Source of the DNA: Octopus vulgaris
Lineage: Eukaryota
Direction of reading: 5' to 3'
Assembly (NCBI GenBank): GCA_951406725.2
Contig: OX597817.1
Coordinates: 87,544,001-87,608,000 of the forward strand
DNA length: 64,000 nucleotides
The position numbers and the translations under genes are program-made. This document shows positions 1 through 12,930 of the stretch, in pieces. Under the pieces are notes generated by a model. The model was not told the DNA's origin and did no database searches. It saw nothing but the letters and a program-made list of their open reading frames with translations. Within the stretch, counting starts at the first letter, position 1. Each line of letters begins with the position of its first letter.

Positions 1-43
1 AACATATTCATCACCATAAAATATTATTTTTCCTTTTTACCAG

Positions 44-133
44 TGCTATCAGACCATTCCTCCATCTCTTGATTTCTCTCGAAGAACTGAGCATCTTCGC
101 AAAGCTGAAGTGTGCGAGAAGTGTGTATGCTGA
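44..133 (+). other. Candidate terminal coding exon of an upstream gene (unverified)
   Basis: A pyrimidine-rich acceptor TTTTTCCTTTTTACCAG ends at 43. Phase 0 reads CYQTIPPSLDFSRRTEHLRKAEVCEKCVC-stop; a second frame is also open to a TAA at 159-161. AATAAA near 386. No recognisable homology. Confidence 0.2.
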
Positions 134-818
134 GGAGGGCCTCTACACCGAGAGGCAATAAGATGTGAATCGTTGATGGAGTAGTATACGTTCTCTTTCA
201 TACATAAGAAGAAAATGATTCCATTTTCATAGGAGTAAACAATGCATAAAAGAAAATGACAAATAATTATTTTCCGCGACACAAAAAAAAAAGAAAAATT
301 TAGATCCCCCAGAAAACAAAAGAAGTAATTAAAGTTAATTGCAAAATATTGCAAGCTGAAATGAAATGACAAAGGAAGATAAGTAAATAAATGATGCCGA
401 GGTTAAATGATAATGTCACGGACAAATTGTCAGTAGAAGAAAATGACGAAAATCTCATGTGCCAGACAGAAATATAACGTTAAGTGACATTAGCCAGTTA
501 TACGATCAACAAAAATTATATATTGAAGAGCATTATCCATCTTTATATAAAAGCGATAAGATAATCTATTTAACAATGATAGTTTCCTTCATGTATTTTC
601 CATAGAATCTATTCATCCAAAATATTAGAATTACTAAATTAGATTTCCTCTATTTTCACTAGCGAGATGTAATTAGAGTGCAAGGTATTTGAACAACGAG
701 AACGGAAATACACAGTGACGAATCTGATATTGGATGTCACGCTTCTACTGAGGCATTGTCATGTTTAATACTGAAACAAATATCAAATATAACGTTGTCG
801 TATTACAAAACACACACA

Positions 819-876
<58 letters not shown>

Positions 877-1161
877 TACATCTATTTATCCAGGAGTAAA
901 GTGCAAAATATCGTTCTATGTATATATTTGTGCGCGTGCATATGTCAACGTACATACTTCAAAATATTCATCAATAAATAAACACACACATATGTACACA
1001 CATATATGTATATAAACAAAAATGTTGTTGACAGTAACTTCGAAGTTTCAGCCTGTTGAGCCATCACATACATATATAGTTTGTCGTGATATTTGAATTC
1101 TCTTATAGTTAAATAAATTTTCATCATAGTATTTCTCTCGTCATTTATAACTATATATATA

Positions 1162-1402
1162 TGTATGTCATTGTTCAGTTATATTTCAAGATTTCTTACC
1201 AATAGAGAAAGAGCCGGTTTCTAACCTTGATCCAAGGCTCCTTCATTGGAATTTCAACATCAACGACAGGGTATTTTTGTTTGTATGTCATTATTCAGTT
1301 TATTTCAAGAGTATTTGCCAATAGGGGAAAGAACCGGTTTCTAACCTAGATCCAAGGTTCTTTCATTGGAATTTCACCATCAAGAACAGGGTATTTTTGT
1401 AT
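1162..1402. repeat. Two tandem ~120 bp copies of an interspersed-repeat terminus embedded in (TATG)n
   Basis: TGTATGTCATT...GAGCCGGTTTCTAACCT...CAGGGTATTTTTGT occurs at 1162-1281 and 1282-1402, next to the R4-type fragment at 1500. Possibly a LINE terminus (inference). Confidence 0.6.
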
Positions 1403-1499
1403 GCATGCATGTTTGTATGTATGTATGTGTGTATGTATGTATGTATGTATGTATGTATGTATGTATGTATGTATGTATGTATATATGTATATATGTATG

Positions 1500-1848
1500 T
1501 ATGTGCAAATTTGTATGTTTTATGTCCGTATTCTCTTGCATATAGTTACATATCTAGACACGCTCATATAAATTTAAATGATAAACTTCTGGAAAATTTT
1601 ACAGATTTTTACACTTCCAGTGATGGACTGGATCTGTAGTCTTCGAATTAGCTTTCTCCTTTCTGGTTTTGAGGAGCCTAATTTCTCAAGATTGGTATTT
1701 TAGCAGTGTGTTACATATGCCAGGGCCCCCAAAAATTACAGGTATAAATCTGAACTTGTAATCTGGATAAAGTTACTGCAAATTTCTCAATAGCTCAGCA
1801 TAGGTGTTCTCTTTTTCACTGATCTTCAGCTTTATGCTAATATCCGCT
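1500..1848 (-). mobile_element. R4-clade non-LTR retrotransposon, 5'-truncated 3' end (RLE C-terminus plus 3'UTR), flanked by (CATA)n
   Basis: The minus strand reads ADISIKLKISEKENTYAELLRNLQ*LYPDYKFRFIPVI/GALAYVTHC..LEKLG..RRKLIRRLQIQSITGSVKICK. It is clearly homologous to 62340-62815, and both junctions lie in TACA repeats. Confidence 0.8.
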
Positions 1849-2359
1849 GTATGTATGTATGTATGTATGTATGTATGTATGTATGTATGTATGTATGTAT
1901 GTATGTATGTATGTACGTATGTATGCATGCATACACACACACACACACACACTCACATATATAATGTGTATGTGTGTATGTGTGAACAATTACATGTTGA
2001 ACGAAGCCGTTTGAGAACGCCCCAAATCATTAGGTCTATTTTCCACTTAATTCTTTCATGAAAGGTGAAAATTTTCTGTAGCACATCTACGGCCTCGTTC
2101 AAACGACGATTCCTCTACATCAAAATTAGATCGCAGAAGTTCCAGCATCATCTTCTTTTCTTTTTTTTTTGCAACGCCAAGAAAGACATTTCGATTATGA
2201 AACAAACTGAGGATGAAATTAACAAATTCTGTGCATTTTAAAATAATTAAAATGACTTTGTATGTTCTCAACATTTCAGATTCAGTAGACAGTCTCAGAT
2301 AAAACCATTTGCCAAGAAGCAAATAAAACTGCAGTACATGTACATATGCATATAAACAT

Positions 2360-2561
2360 ACATACGTACATACATACATACATAATACATACATGCACAC
2401 ATACATACATACATACATACATACATACATGCATACATACACACACACATACATACATACATACATACATACATACATACATACATACATACATACATAC
2501 ATACATACATACACACACACATACATACATACATACATACATACATACATACATACATACA

Positions 2562-2590
<29 letters not shown>
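2360..2590. repeat. (CATA)n microsatellite
   Basis: Directly visible tetranucleotide tract. Confidence 0.95.
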
Positions 2591-2592
<2 letters not shown>

Positions 2593-2687
2593 CAGGCGTG
2601 GCTATGTGGTAAGTAATGCTTCCCAACAAAATGGTTCCGGGTTCAGTCCTGGTCCATGGCCGCAATCAAATGACTGACACAAATAAA
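2593..2687 (+). mobile_element. Internally deleted tRNA-derived SINE, family B (CORE-like, OR-type)
   Basis: The head AGGCGTGGCTATGTGGTAAG...GGGTTCAGTCC is joined directly to the family tail CATGGCCGCAATCAAATGACTGA. Confidence 0.7.
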
Positions 2688-2820
2688 TGAATACATATAA
2701 GCAAAAACAAGTATTATTCACACGCACGAATATACGTACACACACATACTCACACATACACACACGCACTGTATATATATATATATATATGAGTATATTT
2801 ATATGAATAGGTATATGTAA

Positions 2821-2891
<71 letters not shown>

Positions 2892-3704
2892 GGAGATAGA
2901 TAGTTACAAACGTGTGTATACATATACATACACACACACGTATCTACGTATGCATATATATGTGTGTGTCTTACATATATATATATATACACATATTATT
3001 ATAGACATATTCATGTGCGTATATCCACATGTATATAGAATTATATCTTCATATATATACATATATATATATATATACATATATACATATATATACATAT
3101 ATACATATATATATAAATTTAAGCGCGCACACACACAGATATATATATATATAAATATAATATATTATATATAAGTATCTGTATGTGTGTGTGTTTGTGT
3201 AATAGTGTGATATACAATTACGCATTAACATGCACACAGAAAGATGTATTGACAGTTAAAGGAACAGCTTGGAATGGCAAATCACAAGAGAAATATCAAA
3301 ATATTACCTCATGACTCAAAAAACTGCTGCAGTAAAAGCCAACAGAGTGGAACGTCGAAAATGACGTTCCACACGAAGAAACTTCTTTAATGCAACATGA
3401 AGAAATGGCATTCTCTGCAATAGAATTTTTCTATATCAAAAGTCTAGAAGTCTCTTTAGGTAAGCATTGGGTGGAGGAGGTAGCTACATTCAATAGGAAC
3501 AGCTATTTAAGGATATTTCAATCATGTTGTAGTTATCCTCCAGTACACTTATGAATCAAGAATGCACACATACAAGCGGACATACACAAATACGGTGATA
3601 TACACGAGCATACAGATATGTATGTATAGACATGCATACATATATATATGTATATATATGTATGCAAACACACACACACACGCATATATATATCTCTCTT
3701 TCTC

Positions 3705-3910
3705 TTTTTCTCTTTTACTTGTTTCAGTCATTTGACTGCGGCCATGCTGGAGCACCGCCTTTAGTCGAATAAATTGACCCCGGGACTTATTCTTTGTAAG
3801 CCCAGTACTTATTCTATCGGTCTCTTTTGCAGAACCGCTAAGTGACGGGGACGTAAACACACCAGCATCGGTTGTCAAGCAATGCTAGGGGGACAAACAC
3901 AGACACACAA

Positions 3911-3962
<52 letters not shown>

Positions 3963-4019
3963 CTACGACAGGCTTCTTTCAGTTTCCGTCTACCAAATCC
4001 ACTCACAAGCACTCCTGCT

Positions 4020-4020
<1 letters not shown>
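3705..4020 (-). mobile_element. SINE family B, body and tail (head mostly deleted)
   Basis: Shares GAGTGGATTTGGTAGACGGAAACTGAAAGAAGCC, an internal microsatellite and the tail GGTGCTCCAGCATGGCCGCAGTCAAATGACTGAAAC with 56420-56816 and 62935-63340. Confidence 0.85.
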
Positions 4021-4084
<64 letters not shown>

Positions 4085-4299
4085 GTATATATCCATATAT
4101 GTTTCTGTATATATATATGTGTGTGTGTTTATGTGAATATATATATATATAGTCTGTATGCTGATGTATATAGATAAATGCACACATACACACACGTACA
4201 TAAACATATAGATATAGATATATCCAAGAGATACGAAATGTTACAACTCTAGTAAGGCATGCATGGAGATTCGAGGACAATGCTGCGCATTACAATACC

Positions 4300-5430
4300 A
4301 TGTAAAGATACTGGAAAACCACCAATCTGTTATTTAGCAGTAGGTGGTGTAAATTCTGCTTCTGTTAGAAAAGAATCATAGTTCCTTACAGGCCTCCTAT
4401 CCATTCTATAAAACAGGCGAATTTTGCTCATGTACTCATGAGGCTGATACACTTCAGCAAACCGGCCGACGTGCCATAAATATGAATATTCGATCCACCT
4501 TCATTGCTGTTACCCCTCACTGCATTCCAATTAATTAACATAAGATTCGCCACACACAACTTCGATACTTGTGCACCACTACGTATGATTATAAAATTGA
4601 TTCCTCCTTCCCCCAAATTCACCAACACCACACTTTCCCCACGGCACCTTTATCTCAAATTGCCCTCATCCCAGTGATAGTACCATCTTACAATTATATG
4701 TCTTGTACACCAGGGAAGCCCTTTTTGGCCCCAATAAAAGAGACATAAATCATCTCTCAAAACAGTTCCATGATTTTCTGTGACGATCACTGGCCCTTGA
4801 ACTTCTCTAGCTTTCGACAAGAGAGGTGACGTCATTTCATGGTCTGAAATCTCCTTTTCGGATCATAAAGATACGCCCACGTTTCATCTTCGGCCAACAG
4901 ATTGGCAAAAACCTGTTTCATTTAGCTTCAAACGCTTCCGACTGATCATAACAAGTTCTGCTTTTTCCTCTTCAGATGGGATGTCGGATGCCCACTTTGC
5001 ATAGACTTCTTGATTCTCAGTCTTCCACCACCTTCTGTAATACATTGTGACAACAGTCTAGTTGTGCGGATTGTGACTCTTCTGTCCACGATTCCTGTCA
5101 GCTGCTGCAGTTGTTGGTCTCGCAGAGGCGTGATTTGTCTTTAGTGCTAGTGTTACTTTCTTTACATTTCATCTGTTCCTACACATTGCTCTTGTCGATG
5201 CCACCATCACCCTACACAACTGTAGCCCTCTGTAATTGTGGGACAGCCCACACCCTTCTTTCATCAAATACGTTGCTTCTGGTTAAAACCCGTTGTTTGC
5301 CAGCAGAGAAGAACAAGAAGAGTTACTTTAAAGGAAAAGATGCCCTACCCTACTCAATGTGTGCTAATAGTTGAGGATTGCCAACTAAAAGCATGCATCT
5401 TCCAGTTGTTAGATATCTTTTCATTAGTGA
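4300..5430 (-). mobile_element. Possible highly decayed LTR-retrotransposon gag/protease remnant
   Basis: Higher-complexity block. Minus frames give CLFYWGQKG..W..RWYYH (zinc-knuckle-like), then VLVNLGEGGINFIIIRSGAQVS (like the D[ST]GA protease motif but lacking Asp). No LTRs seen. Confidence 0.3.
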
Positions 5431-5730
5431 AATGAACACACATACAAACACAGACACAAACACACGCACACACACTCGCACACACACACAAACACACACA
5501 CACACAAACACACACACAAACATACATTCTTCATACATACGTACATGTGGCTTCTGTATGTATATATATATTAGTGTTTGCTATGTTAACTATAAAATAA
5601 AACAATTTTATATTAATCTGAGGGATTACACCATACTATAGCAGAGTATAAATTTATTATTCTTTAACAAGAATAGTATTGACAGTGACTTTGAAGTTTC
5701 AGCCAGCTAAGCCATCATATATATATAAGG

Positions 5731-6045
5731 AACACTCCGTCGGTTACGACGACGAGGGTCCCAGCTGATACGATCAACAACGGAAGAGCTTGCTCGTGAA
5801 ATTAACGTGCAAGTGACTGAGCAATCCACAGACACGCGTACCCCTAACGTAGTTCTCAGGGAGATTCAGCGTGACACAGAGTGTGACATGGCAAGCCCTT
5901 TGAAATACAGGTACAACTCATTTTTGCCAGCGGAGTGGACTGGAACAAAGGTAAATAAAGTGTCTTGCATAGGGACACAACGCATCGCTGGGAATCGAAC
6001 TCATGACCTTACAATCGTTAGCCGAATGCCCTAGCCACTAAACCA
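5731..6045 (-). mobile_element. tRNA-derived SINE family C (CORE-like centre)
   Basis: A/B-box head (TAGTGGCTAGG...GAGTTCGATTCCC), core GTGTCCCTATGCAAGACACTTTATT, and tail ...GTCGTCGTAACCGACGGAGTG shared with 34659-35046 and 59177-59470. Confidence 0.85.
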
Positions 6046-6049
6046 TAAG

Positions 6050-6125
<76 letters not shown>

Positions 6126-6425
6126 TACACATATATATATAATAATATAAATAATATATATATGCATATATACATAGATATATGTACATACTTACATCTA
6201 TAGGAATATATATAAGCATATGTGGGCACAGGACATCATGAAACGTGTACAACAAAAAATACGAAACACGAGTACATGGAACATAAACTATTCTTTCGAA
6301 CAACTTAAGACACAAATGGAAAACAAAACAAAGAAAATAAGTGCATACACACATACACATACATATATATATATTATTTATATCATTATATGACTGAATG
6401 CCATACATTCTCTTCCAAGTAGGTT

Positions 6426-6520
<95 letters not shown>

Positions 6521-7027
6521 AATAATATATAGCCGAACTGTAGGTGAAGTAAAAATGCGAATACATTACTTCTACTTTTGGATACGTGGAGAAACAAAAG
6601 AACTAACAATCTCCCTGGCGGACCATTTCACAGTTTGTGGACAGCTCTTCATGGACGTGTCCCATCTTCCTTCCCCAAATTATAGTATAGAACGTTCAGT
6701 TAGTATAATTCTTATATATCATTTTGATATATAAGTATTTTGTAACAGTAGATACACTAACACATTTCTTATCACAGACTCAACATAAAATGATTTAAAC
6801 ACAAACATAGTTATATATATAAAAAGGTAACTATGTATATATAATTGTTTACAATTACTTCTGCATATGAGAGTATTAGGCATGACTAAAAGAAAATACT
6901 AGGAATCTAATTAGGTCTAAATTATCAACGTATTAAATAAATCAATAAAAATTTTATAAATTTCTTATTTTTTTGTATTCGTTTATGTATAGTTAGGTAT
7001 ATATCATCTATTCCGACACCTGTTTAG

Positions 7028-7063
<36 letters not shown>

Positions 7064-7281
7064 TCTCTCTCTCTTCCATTCTCTCTCTCTCTCTCTTTCT
7101 GTTATGTCTTTACCACCCTATCACTTTCTTTGCTCATATGGATTGACATAATTATATACATACATACATACACACATTTATATATATATATATATATATA
7201 TATACGCGGATATATAAATATATATATGAAGGAATATAATAAATATCCTTATATATATATGTGTGTGTGTGTATGTATTTA

Positions 7282-7323
<42 letters not shown>

Positions 7324-7871
7324 ACTATATGTGCATGCTTACACACAAACATGTACTTACACACATACATTTGTGTGTGGGTGTATGTGGGTGTGTGTAG
7401 TATGTACAATGTAGTATGGATCAGAATAAATAATTAGTTTAATACATCTTAAATATAAAACCTACATGTGTGCGTTTAGAGTAAAAATGTGATCACATTC
7501 TTTCTAGGCTGAAGGACAGGGAAATGAAATTAAATAAGTGAAGACGGCCAAAAGTATGAGGTAATCGAACTCAAGCAGCTTGAAACGTACTAATGACATA
7601 TGCAAAAAATTCTCAATATTTTATGGATATTTTATCTTGGATGGAAAATGGAAGCTAATACCTTGCACCAGTTATCTGCCGCTGTCAAAGATAAGGGAAA
7701 TAATTGCGAGTAATTATGATTTAATTTCGCAGAAAATTTAATTTTTGTGCTTGTGGGAATAAATTTGTATTTGATAGCTGGGAAGGTTGAGTACTGTAGA
7801 TGTGTTTTAATCTTATTAGACCTCATAAGAGAAACGTTAACTTCTCAAGACTACTCGATATTAGTTCTACG

Positions 7872-7948
<77 letters not shown>

Positions 7949-7968
7949 CTCTCTCTCTCTCTCTCTCT

Positions 7969-8019
<51 letters not shown>

Positions 8020-8024
<5 letters not shown>

Positions 8025-8222
8025 GTAATATGTGACAATTATTCGGTAGCCATCCGAGTTCCGGATGCCGAGGTGGAAATCCACGCCGCCATTTCTTTAT
8101 TTTCCGGCCATCGGAAAAATACCGAATAATTGTCACATATTACATTTACAGAGAGATTCCTGTATTTACATAATATCGAGGTCTCTTTCATTCTTTTGTT
8201 GCCCTACCATTTTTATCAATAT
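8020..8222. mobile_element. Short element in (TA)n with 24-bp inverted arms
   Basis: GTAATATGTGACAATTATTCGGTA (~8025-8048) and its reverse complement TACCGAATAATTGTCACATATTAC (~8120-8143). Penelope-type inverted-end remnant (inference). Confidence 0.5.
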
Positions 8223-8541
8223 ATATAATATAAATATATAATCATTATGGATGTCACGTAGTGTGTTTGTTTTGTTTTATGCGCTCGTTAACAGTGACAT
8301 ACCGCCTGAGGGAAAAGTCCCTTTAAAACACTGATTGTTAAGGAACGTTGCATATCACAAACCAAGACAATGCGACCGGCAGATGATCGAGGACGATTGA
8401 TATGGATATTTCGCTATTTTTGCAGTTCTTCAACATCACGTGCTCGAGTACATGAATTGCTACCGCTGCGGCTTATATGCAAATAGTGTAGACATGTACA
8501 GCAAAATTAAAACAAAATATCTAATCGAGGGCCCCAAATAT

Positions 8542-9145
8542 TGGTTTCGAATTTTGGAGGCGAAGGTATGTCAATTACATCGACCACGGTGCTCAACTGG
8601 TACTTACTTTATCGACCCCGAAAGGATGAAAGGCATTTGAACTCAGAACGTAAGGACGGACGAAATGCTAAGAATTTTGCCAGGCGCACTAACGTTTCTA
8701 CCAGCCCGCCGCCTTCAACAGGTCCTTAAATATAGATTTCAAATTTTGGCACAAGGCCAGCAATATCAAGAGAGGAGATAAGTCGATCAGATCGACCCCA
8801 GTTTTCAACTGGCACTTATTTTATCGACCCTCGAAAGGATGAACGGTATTTGAACTCAGAACATAAAGACGGACGAAATACCTCTAATCATTTTTCCGAC
8901 GCGCTAACGATTCTTATTTCTTTATTGCCCAAAAGGTGCTAAACATAGAGGGGACAAACAAGGACAGACAAAGGGATTAAGTCGATTACATCGACCCCAG
9001 TGCGTAACCGGTACTTAATTTATCTACTCCGAAAGGATGAAAGACGAAGTCGACCTCGGCAGAATTTGAACTCAGAACCTAGCGGCAGATGAAATATCAC
9101 TATACATTTCGCTCGACGCACTAACGATTCTGCCAGCTTACCATC
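8542..9145 (-). mobile_element. Tandem array of three SINE family A copies (Meta-domain-like centre)
   Basis: Each copy has a variant of GTTCTGAGTTCAAAT...CCTTTCATCCTTTCGGGGTCGATAAA..AAGTACCAG on the minus strand. The third copy carries the Tx1-like tail. Confidence 0.9.
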
Positions 9146-9176
9146 ATTAAGAGGCCCTTAAATATTAAATGCTTTA

Positions 9177-9383
9177 TGTCACACACAAAACGACGCATGC
9201 ACGGGCAGAAGGATGCAAAACACAAGCAAGTGGAAGCTGATTTATTTTTCACTATCGCAACCTATTTATATATTTTTAGAGGGCCTCAAGGATTAAACGA
9301 ACTGCGACGGTAAAAGAAGTCAGCTTGCACTTGCTTATGTTTCGCATCCCTTTGCCCGTGCATCCGTCGTTTTGAGTGTGACG
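9177..9383. mobile_element. MITE with ~85 bp terminal inverted repeats and TA flanks
   Basis: TGTCACACACAAAACGACGCATGCACGGGCAG... pairs with ...TGCCCGTGCATCCGTCGTTTTGAGTGTGACG. TA lies at 9175-9176 and 9384-9385, as for Tc1/mariner targets. Confidence 0.8.
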
Positions 9384-9721
9384 TATTGCACAATGTTTAT
9401 CAGTTGAGATTACACAAATAGGACGAGAAAATAAGGTGGAATCGTCACGAATTTACTCCACTTCTTTGTGAAGATTGTTCAGTAAGAACTTTTTATCTTA
9501 GAGTTTTATTAGCATGAAGTCAAAGCGAGTAGAATAGGCCAAGGCTATTGCTGTAAGATTTTGGTCGTGTTTTTAGGTACAAGTGATTGTTACTGAACTC
9601 TTGTCTATATCGCTACCGTACCTCATATACGACAACAGAGTACCTCATATACCTATATCGCTATCAACAACAGAGTACCTCATACACATACCATACAATC
9701 GTATATGAGTACCTCATATAC

Positions 9722-9767
<46 letters not shown>

Positions 9768-10432
9768 GCTTATTTTTTAAGAAATCATTCTTGAGCTTAA
9801 ACTTTTCTTCGCTTTCTCAAAGTATAAAAACTGTAATAAGAAAAAATATTAATCGCGTTGAATATATTGCTTTTCTTTTGTATGCAAATTACTGGAAGAA
9901 AAAAGAAAAGAAAAGAAATCAATGAAAAAGAGGGGGTGTTAAAGTTAGCTGCGTGAGTGAACTTGTCATTTATCAAGAAATTAATTGCTTTGATAATGAT
10001 AGCATCAAAGACTAAGATCAGAAGAACGATTAACTATCCTTTGAATTTAATTGAATACTTTCTTTGAAATCTGTTCGCTACTATTATCTGAAGAAATTGT
10101 TGAATGTCTAGTGTCAAAGACATTTGTTCTACGATTGTTGACAAATAGATAAAAGGAATCATCTTATGAAGCGTGTTCTATAGAATGGCACAAATCACCC
10201 AACTAATCGAATATGCAATGGAAGTTTGTTTACTTGTGGAGGACTTGATTTGTTCTTCACTTCTGCAAGTTTCTGTTCTGGTTGAAGGCCAATAACCTAG
10301 AAATAGATTGCCAGTCAGGATAACTTGTTTCTAAACTAAAGAAATATAAAGGTTCGATGGTGAAAACAAAACCCTCTTGTAATAAGTAGCATGATATTTT
10401 CAATCCTTTTCATCGTGTTGTATAAATAATTA

Positions 10433-10752
10433 TTTCAAATTTTGCTACAACACTAGCAATGTCAGTGGAAGAGGTTACTCAATTACATCGATCCCAATAC
10501 TTTACTGTACTTAAGCTGAAAGATGATGTTGACCTCGGTGGAATTTGAACTAAGAACGTAAAGAGTTGGAAGAAATGCCGCTAAGCATTTTGTCCGATAT
10601 GATAACAGTTCTGCAAGCTCATCGCCTTTATTATAACAAATAATCCTTTCTACAATAAGTAAAAGCCTGAAATTTGAGTGGGGAAAGGGGGCTAGTCGAC
10701 TGGTACTTATTTCATCGACCCTGAAAAATGAAAGACAAAGTCAACCTCGGCG
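10433..10752 (-). mobile_element. Two SINE family A copies (second truncated)
   Basis: GACCTCGGTGGAATTTGAACT and ATCGACCCTGAAAAATGAAAGACAAAGTCAACCTCGGCG match family A. Confidence 0.8.
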
Positions 10753-10754
10753 AA

Positions 10755-11412
10755 TCCAGTGAGCAACTGATTTCCACAAAACATATTCTTTCCTTGTGGT
10801 TCCACACGATAATATTTGGCTGATTGAGTTTTAACTTGGTGACTGTTTTAATTTTTAAGGTCCACCAATATTCTTTTGACACGTAGGTCTCAATATAGTC
10901 AACTTCGTTTGTAGGTGTTTTCTTTTACTTTTTTTTTGCTATCCTGTTCCAGATGGTTTTGACTAGTGCCTTATGCCTCATGGGAAGATAACATCTCTCA
11001 GTTGGTAATGATGTGGTTGTTGTCTTCGACCTTGGTCTTTCACAGCCGGCATTTGTTGTCTGTCAACGGTTTTTGCTGTAGGTACTTAGTAGAATCTCTC
11101 GTTCTTGAATTGCATGGAAGTGGCCTTCGAAGAGATGTGTCATGAACTTCTCAGTACTCTATGCCAAACATCTGACATGATCAATCCCTTCTATGCTTTG
11201 TGTTTTATGTGACAAGTGCCAATGTACTACCTTCTCGGTCAACTGATCCGTGTTTTTCTATTTTGTTCTCCTGATAAATAAATTTCTGCATTGCTCCTTA
11301 GGGAGAGATCTGTATCAGCTCTTATTTCATACCTCTTCTCAAGTTCATTAGCTATCCTAATTATTTCGTTGATTTCTTGGTCACAAACTTGGCAAGATAG
11401 TCACTGGTCTCT
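10755..11412 (-). mobile_element. R4-clade LINE fragment (CCHC finger and RLE), 5' junction in (CATA)n
   Basis: Frameshifted minus-strand translation: HAIQERE..TKYLQQKP.TDNKCRL*KTKVEDNNHIITN..RH...KEYWWTLKIKTVTKLKLNQPNIIVWNHKERIC.VEISCSLD. Confidence 0.75.
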
Positions 11413-12094
11413 TATGTATGTACGTACGAAGGTATGTATGTATGTATGTATGTATGTATGTATGTATGTATGTATGTATGTATGTATGTATGCATGCATG
11501 CATGTATGTATGCATGAATCTGTGTATATATGTCTTTATCTTTGTGCTTATCCTCCACCACCACTTAATTACCAACGGCGTTGGTTAGTTTACGACCCTG
11601 TGTCTTAGCAGTCCGATAGAATAACTACCAGGCTTCAGAATAGGCACTAGGGGACAATTCCTTCGGCTAAAAACCTTTCCACGCTGTTTTCCTGCATAGC
11701 CGTAGTCTAATGAGCGAAACAAATAAAAGATAAGAAAAATTCCTTAAAAAAACTATAGTCTTTTATAATTCCTTTTCCTTCAATGGTGAATATTAGCAGT
11801 ACTAGTCCTGCAAGAATGAAAGAACTGATCTTATTTTGTTTAAACAAAATAAAACTTGTTTCAAAACAATTCATATATTTTCGATTGAGACCAAACATTA
11901 TATAACACTCACACACACACACGCATACACACACACACGCATACACACGTACGCGTGCATACACACACACACACACATATGGTTCATAGATGAGAAGAGA
12001 TATTCTGCATATAGAATACACTTAGTAGTGCTCAAGAGATCTAAGCTTGAGCGGGTAGAGAAGTAAAGGTAAGGATAAGCATGTTAGGCAGGTC

Positions 12095-12430
12095 AATATA
12101 TAAAGTATTAATATATTAAATACATGAAATACTAAAAATGTATATGTGTTTACATATAAAAAGGTCCGACTTACGCAGAATACAAATGATATACAGAATT
12201 AAAAGGGATGAAGAAAAGTATTACAAATCCAACAACTGTTTCTGGGTGGTCGGTGGTCTAAAATATTGTTTGTACATGGTTTCCATCGTAGGTCTTCAGA
12301 AAAGAGATCTTACATTTGAGGTGTAAAAGGAAAGAAGTTCAACCCCTTTACTCTATATCATTTGTATTCCGCGTAAGTCGGACCTTTTTGTATGTCAACA
12401 TATATACATTTTTGTATTTCATATATTTCA
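12095..12430. mobile_element. Penelope-type non-autonomous remnant with ~90 bp inverted arms
   Basis: AAAAAGGTCCGACTTACGCAGAATACAAATGATATA pairs with TATATCATTTGTATTCCGCGTAAGTCGGACCTTTTT. A hammerhead-like 3' half GAAACAGTTGTTGGA lies on the minus strand. Confidence 0.55.
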
Positions 12431-12520
12431 TATACTTTATATATACATATGTCTAACATCTTTATCTCTACATTTACTTATATATATATATACATATACA
12501 TACATAATACATCCATCCAT

Positions 12521-12563
<43 letters not shown>

Positions 12564-12614
12564 CATATAATTACGTTGGTTAACAGGAGATAGATTCAGT
12601 ATTAAACCTTTCTT

Positions 12615-12660
12615 GGTTACAACGTATGTTTCGACCCATCAGTCTGTCTTATCAGGTACC
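12615..12660 (-). ncRNA. Degenerate minimal hammerhead ribozyme motif (G8A core change) in a short (TA)n-embedded element
   Basis: GGTAC CTGATAA GAC-agactgatgg-GTC GAAA CATACG TT GTAACC. Confidence 0.5.
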
Positions 12661-12747
12661 ACAACTGCGGATGACTACAGGGAGCCCAAACTATGCCGGT
12701 GCTTTAATCAACATCTAGACTAATCGACTTATACTTATTTGAACAAA

Positions 12748-12807
<60 letters not shown>

Positions 12808-12892
12808 AAAGTTTACGAAAATAAATAAAAGACGAAGGCAGGTGGTGTACAAACAAACAGTTGTATTAGTATAGCGCTTAGGAATAGAAAAA

Positions 12893-12930
12893 GTATTTTA
12901 CGTTTCGAGCCTACGCTCTTCTCCAGAAAG
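12893..12930 (-). ncRNA. Degenerate minimal hammerhead motif in a short element (~12805-13000)
   Basis: CTTT CTGGAGA A GAGC-gtag-GCTC GAAA CG TA AAAT; A6G core change and imperfect stem I. Confidence 0.45.

Noticed and set aside
8520-9172. Short repeat / long spacer pattern resembling an array
   Set aside because: The spacers are homologous SINE copies and the short repeats are diverged target duplications.
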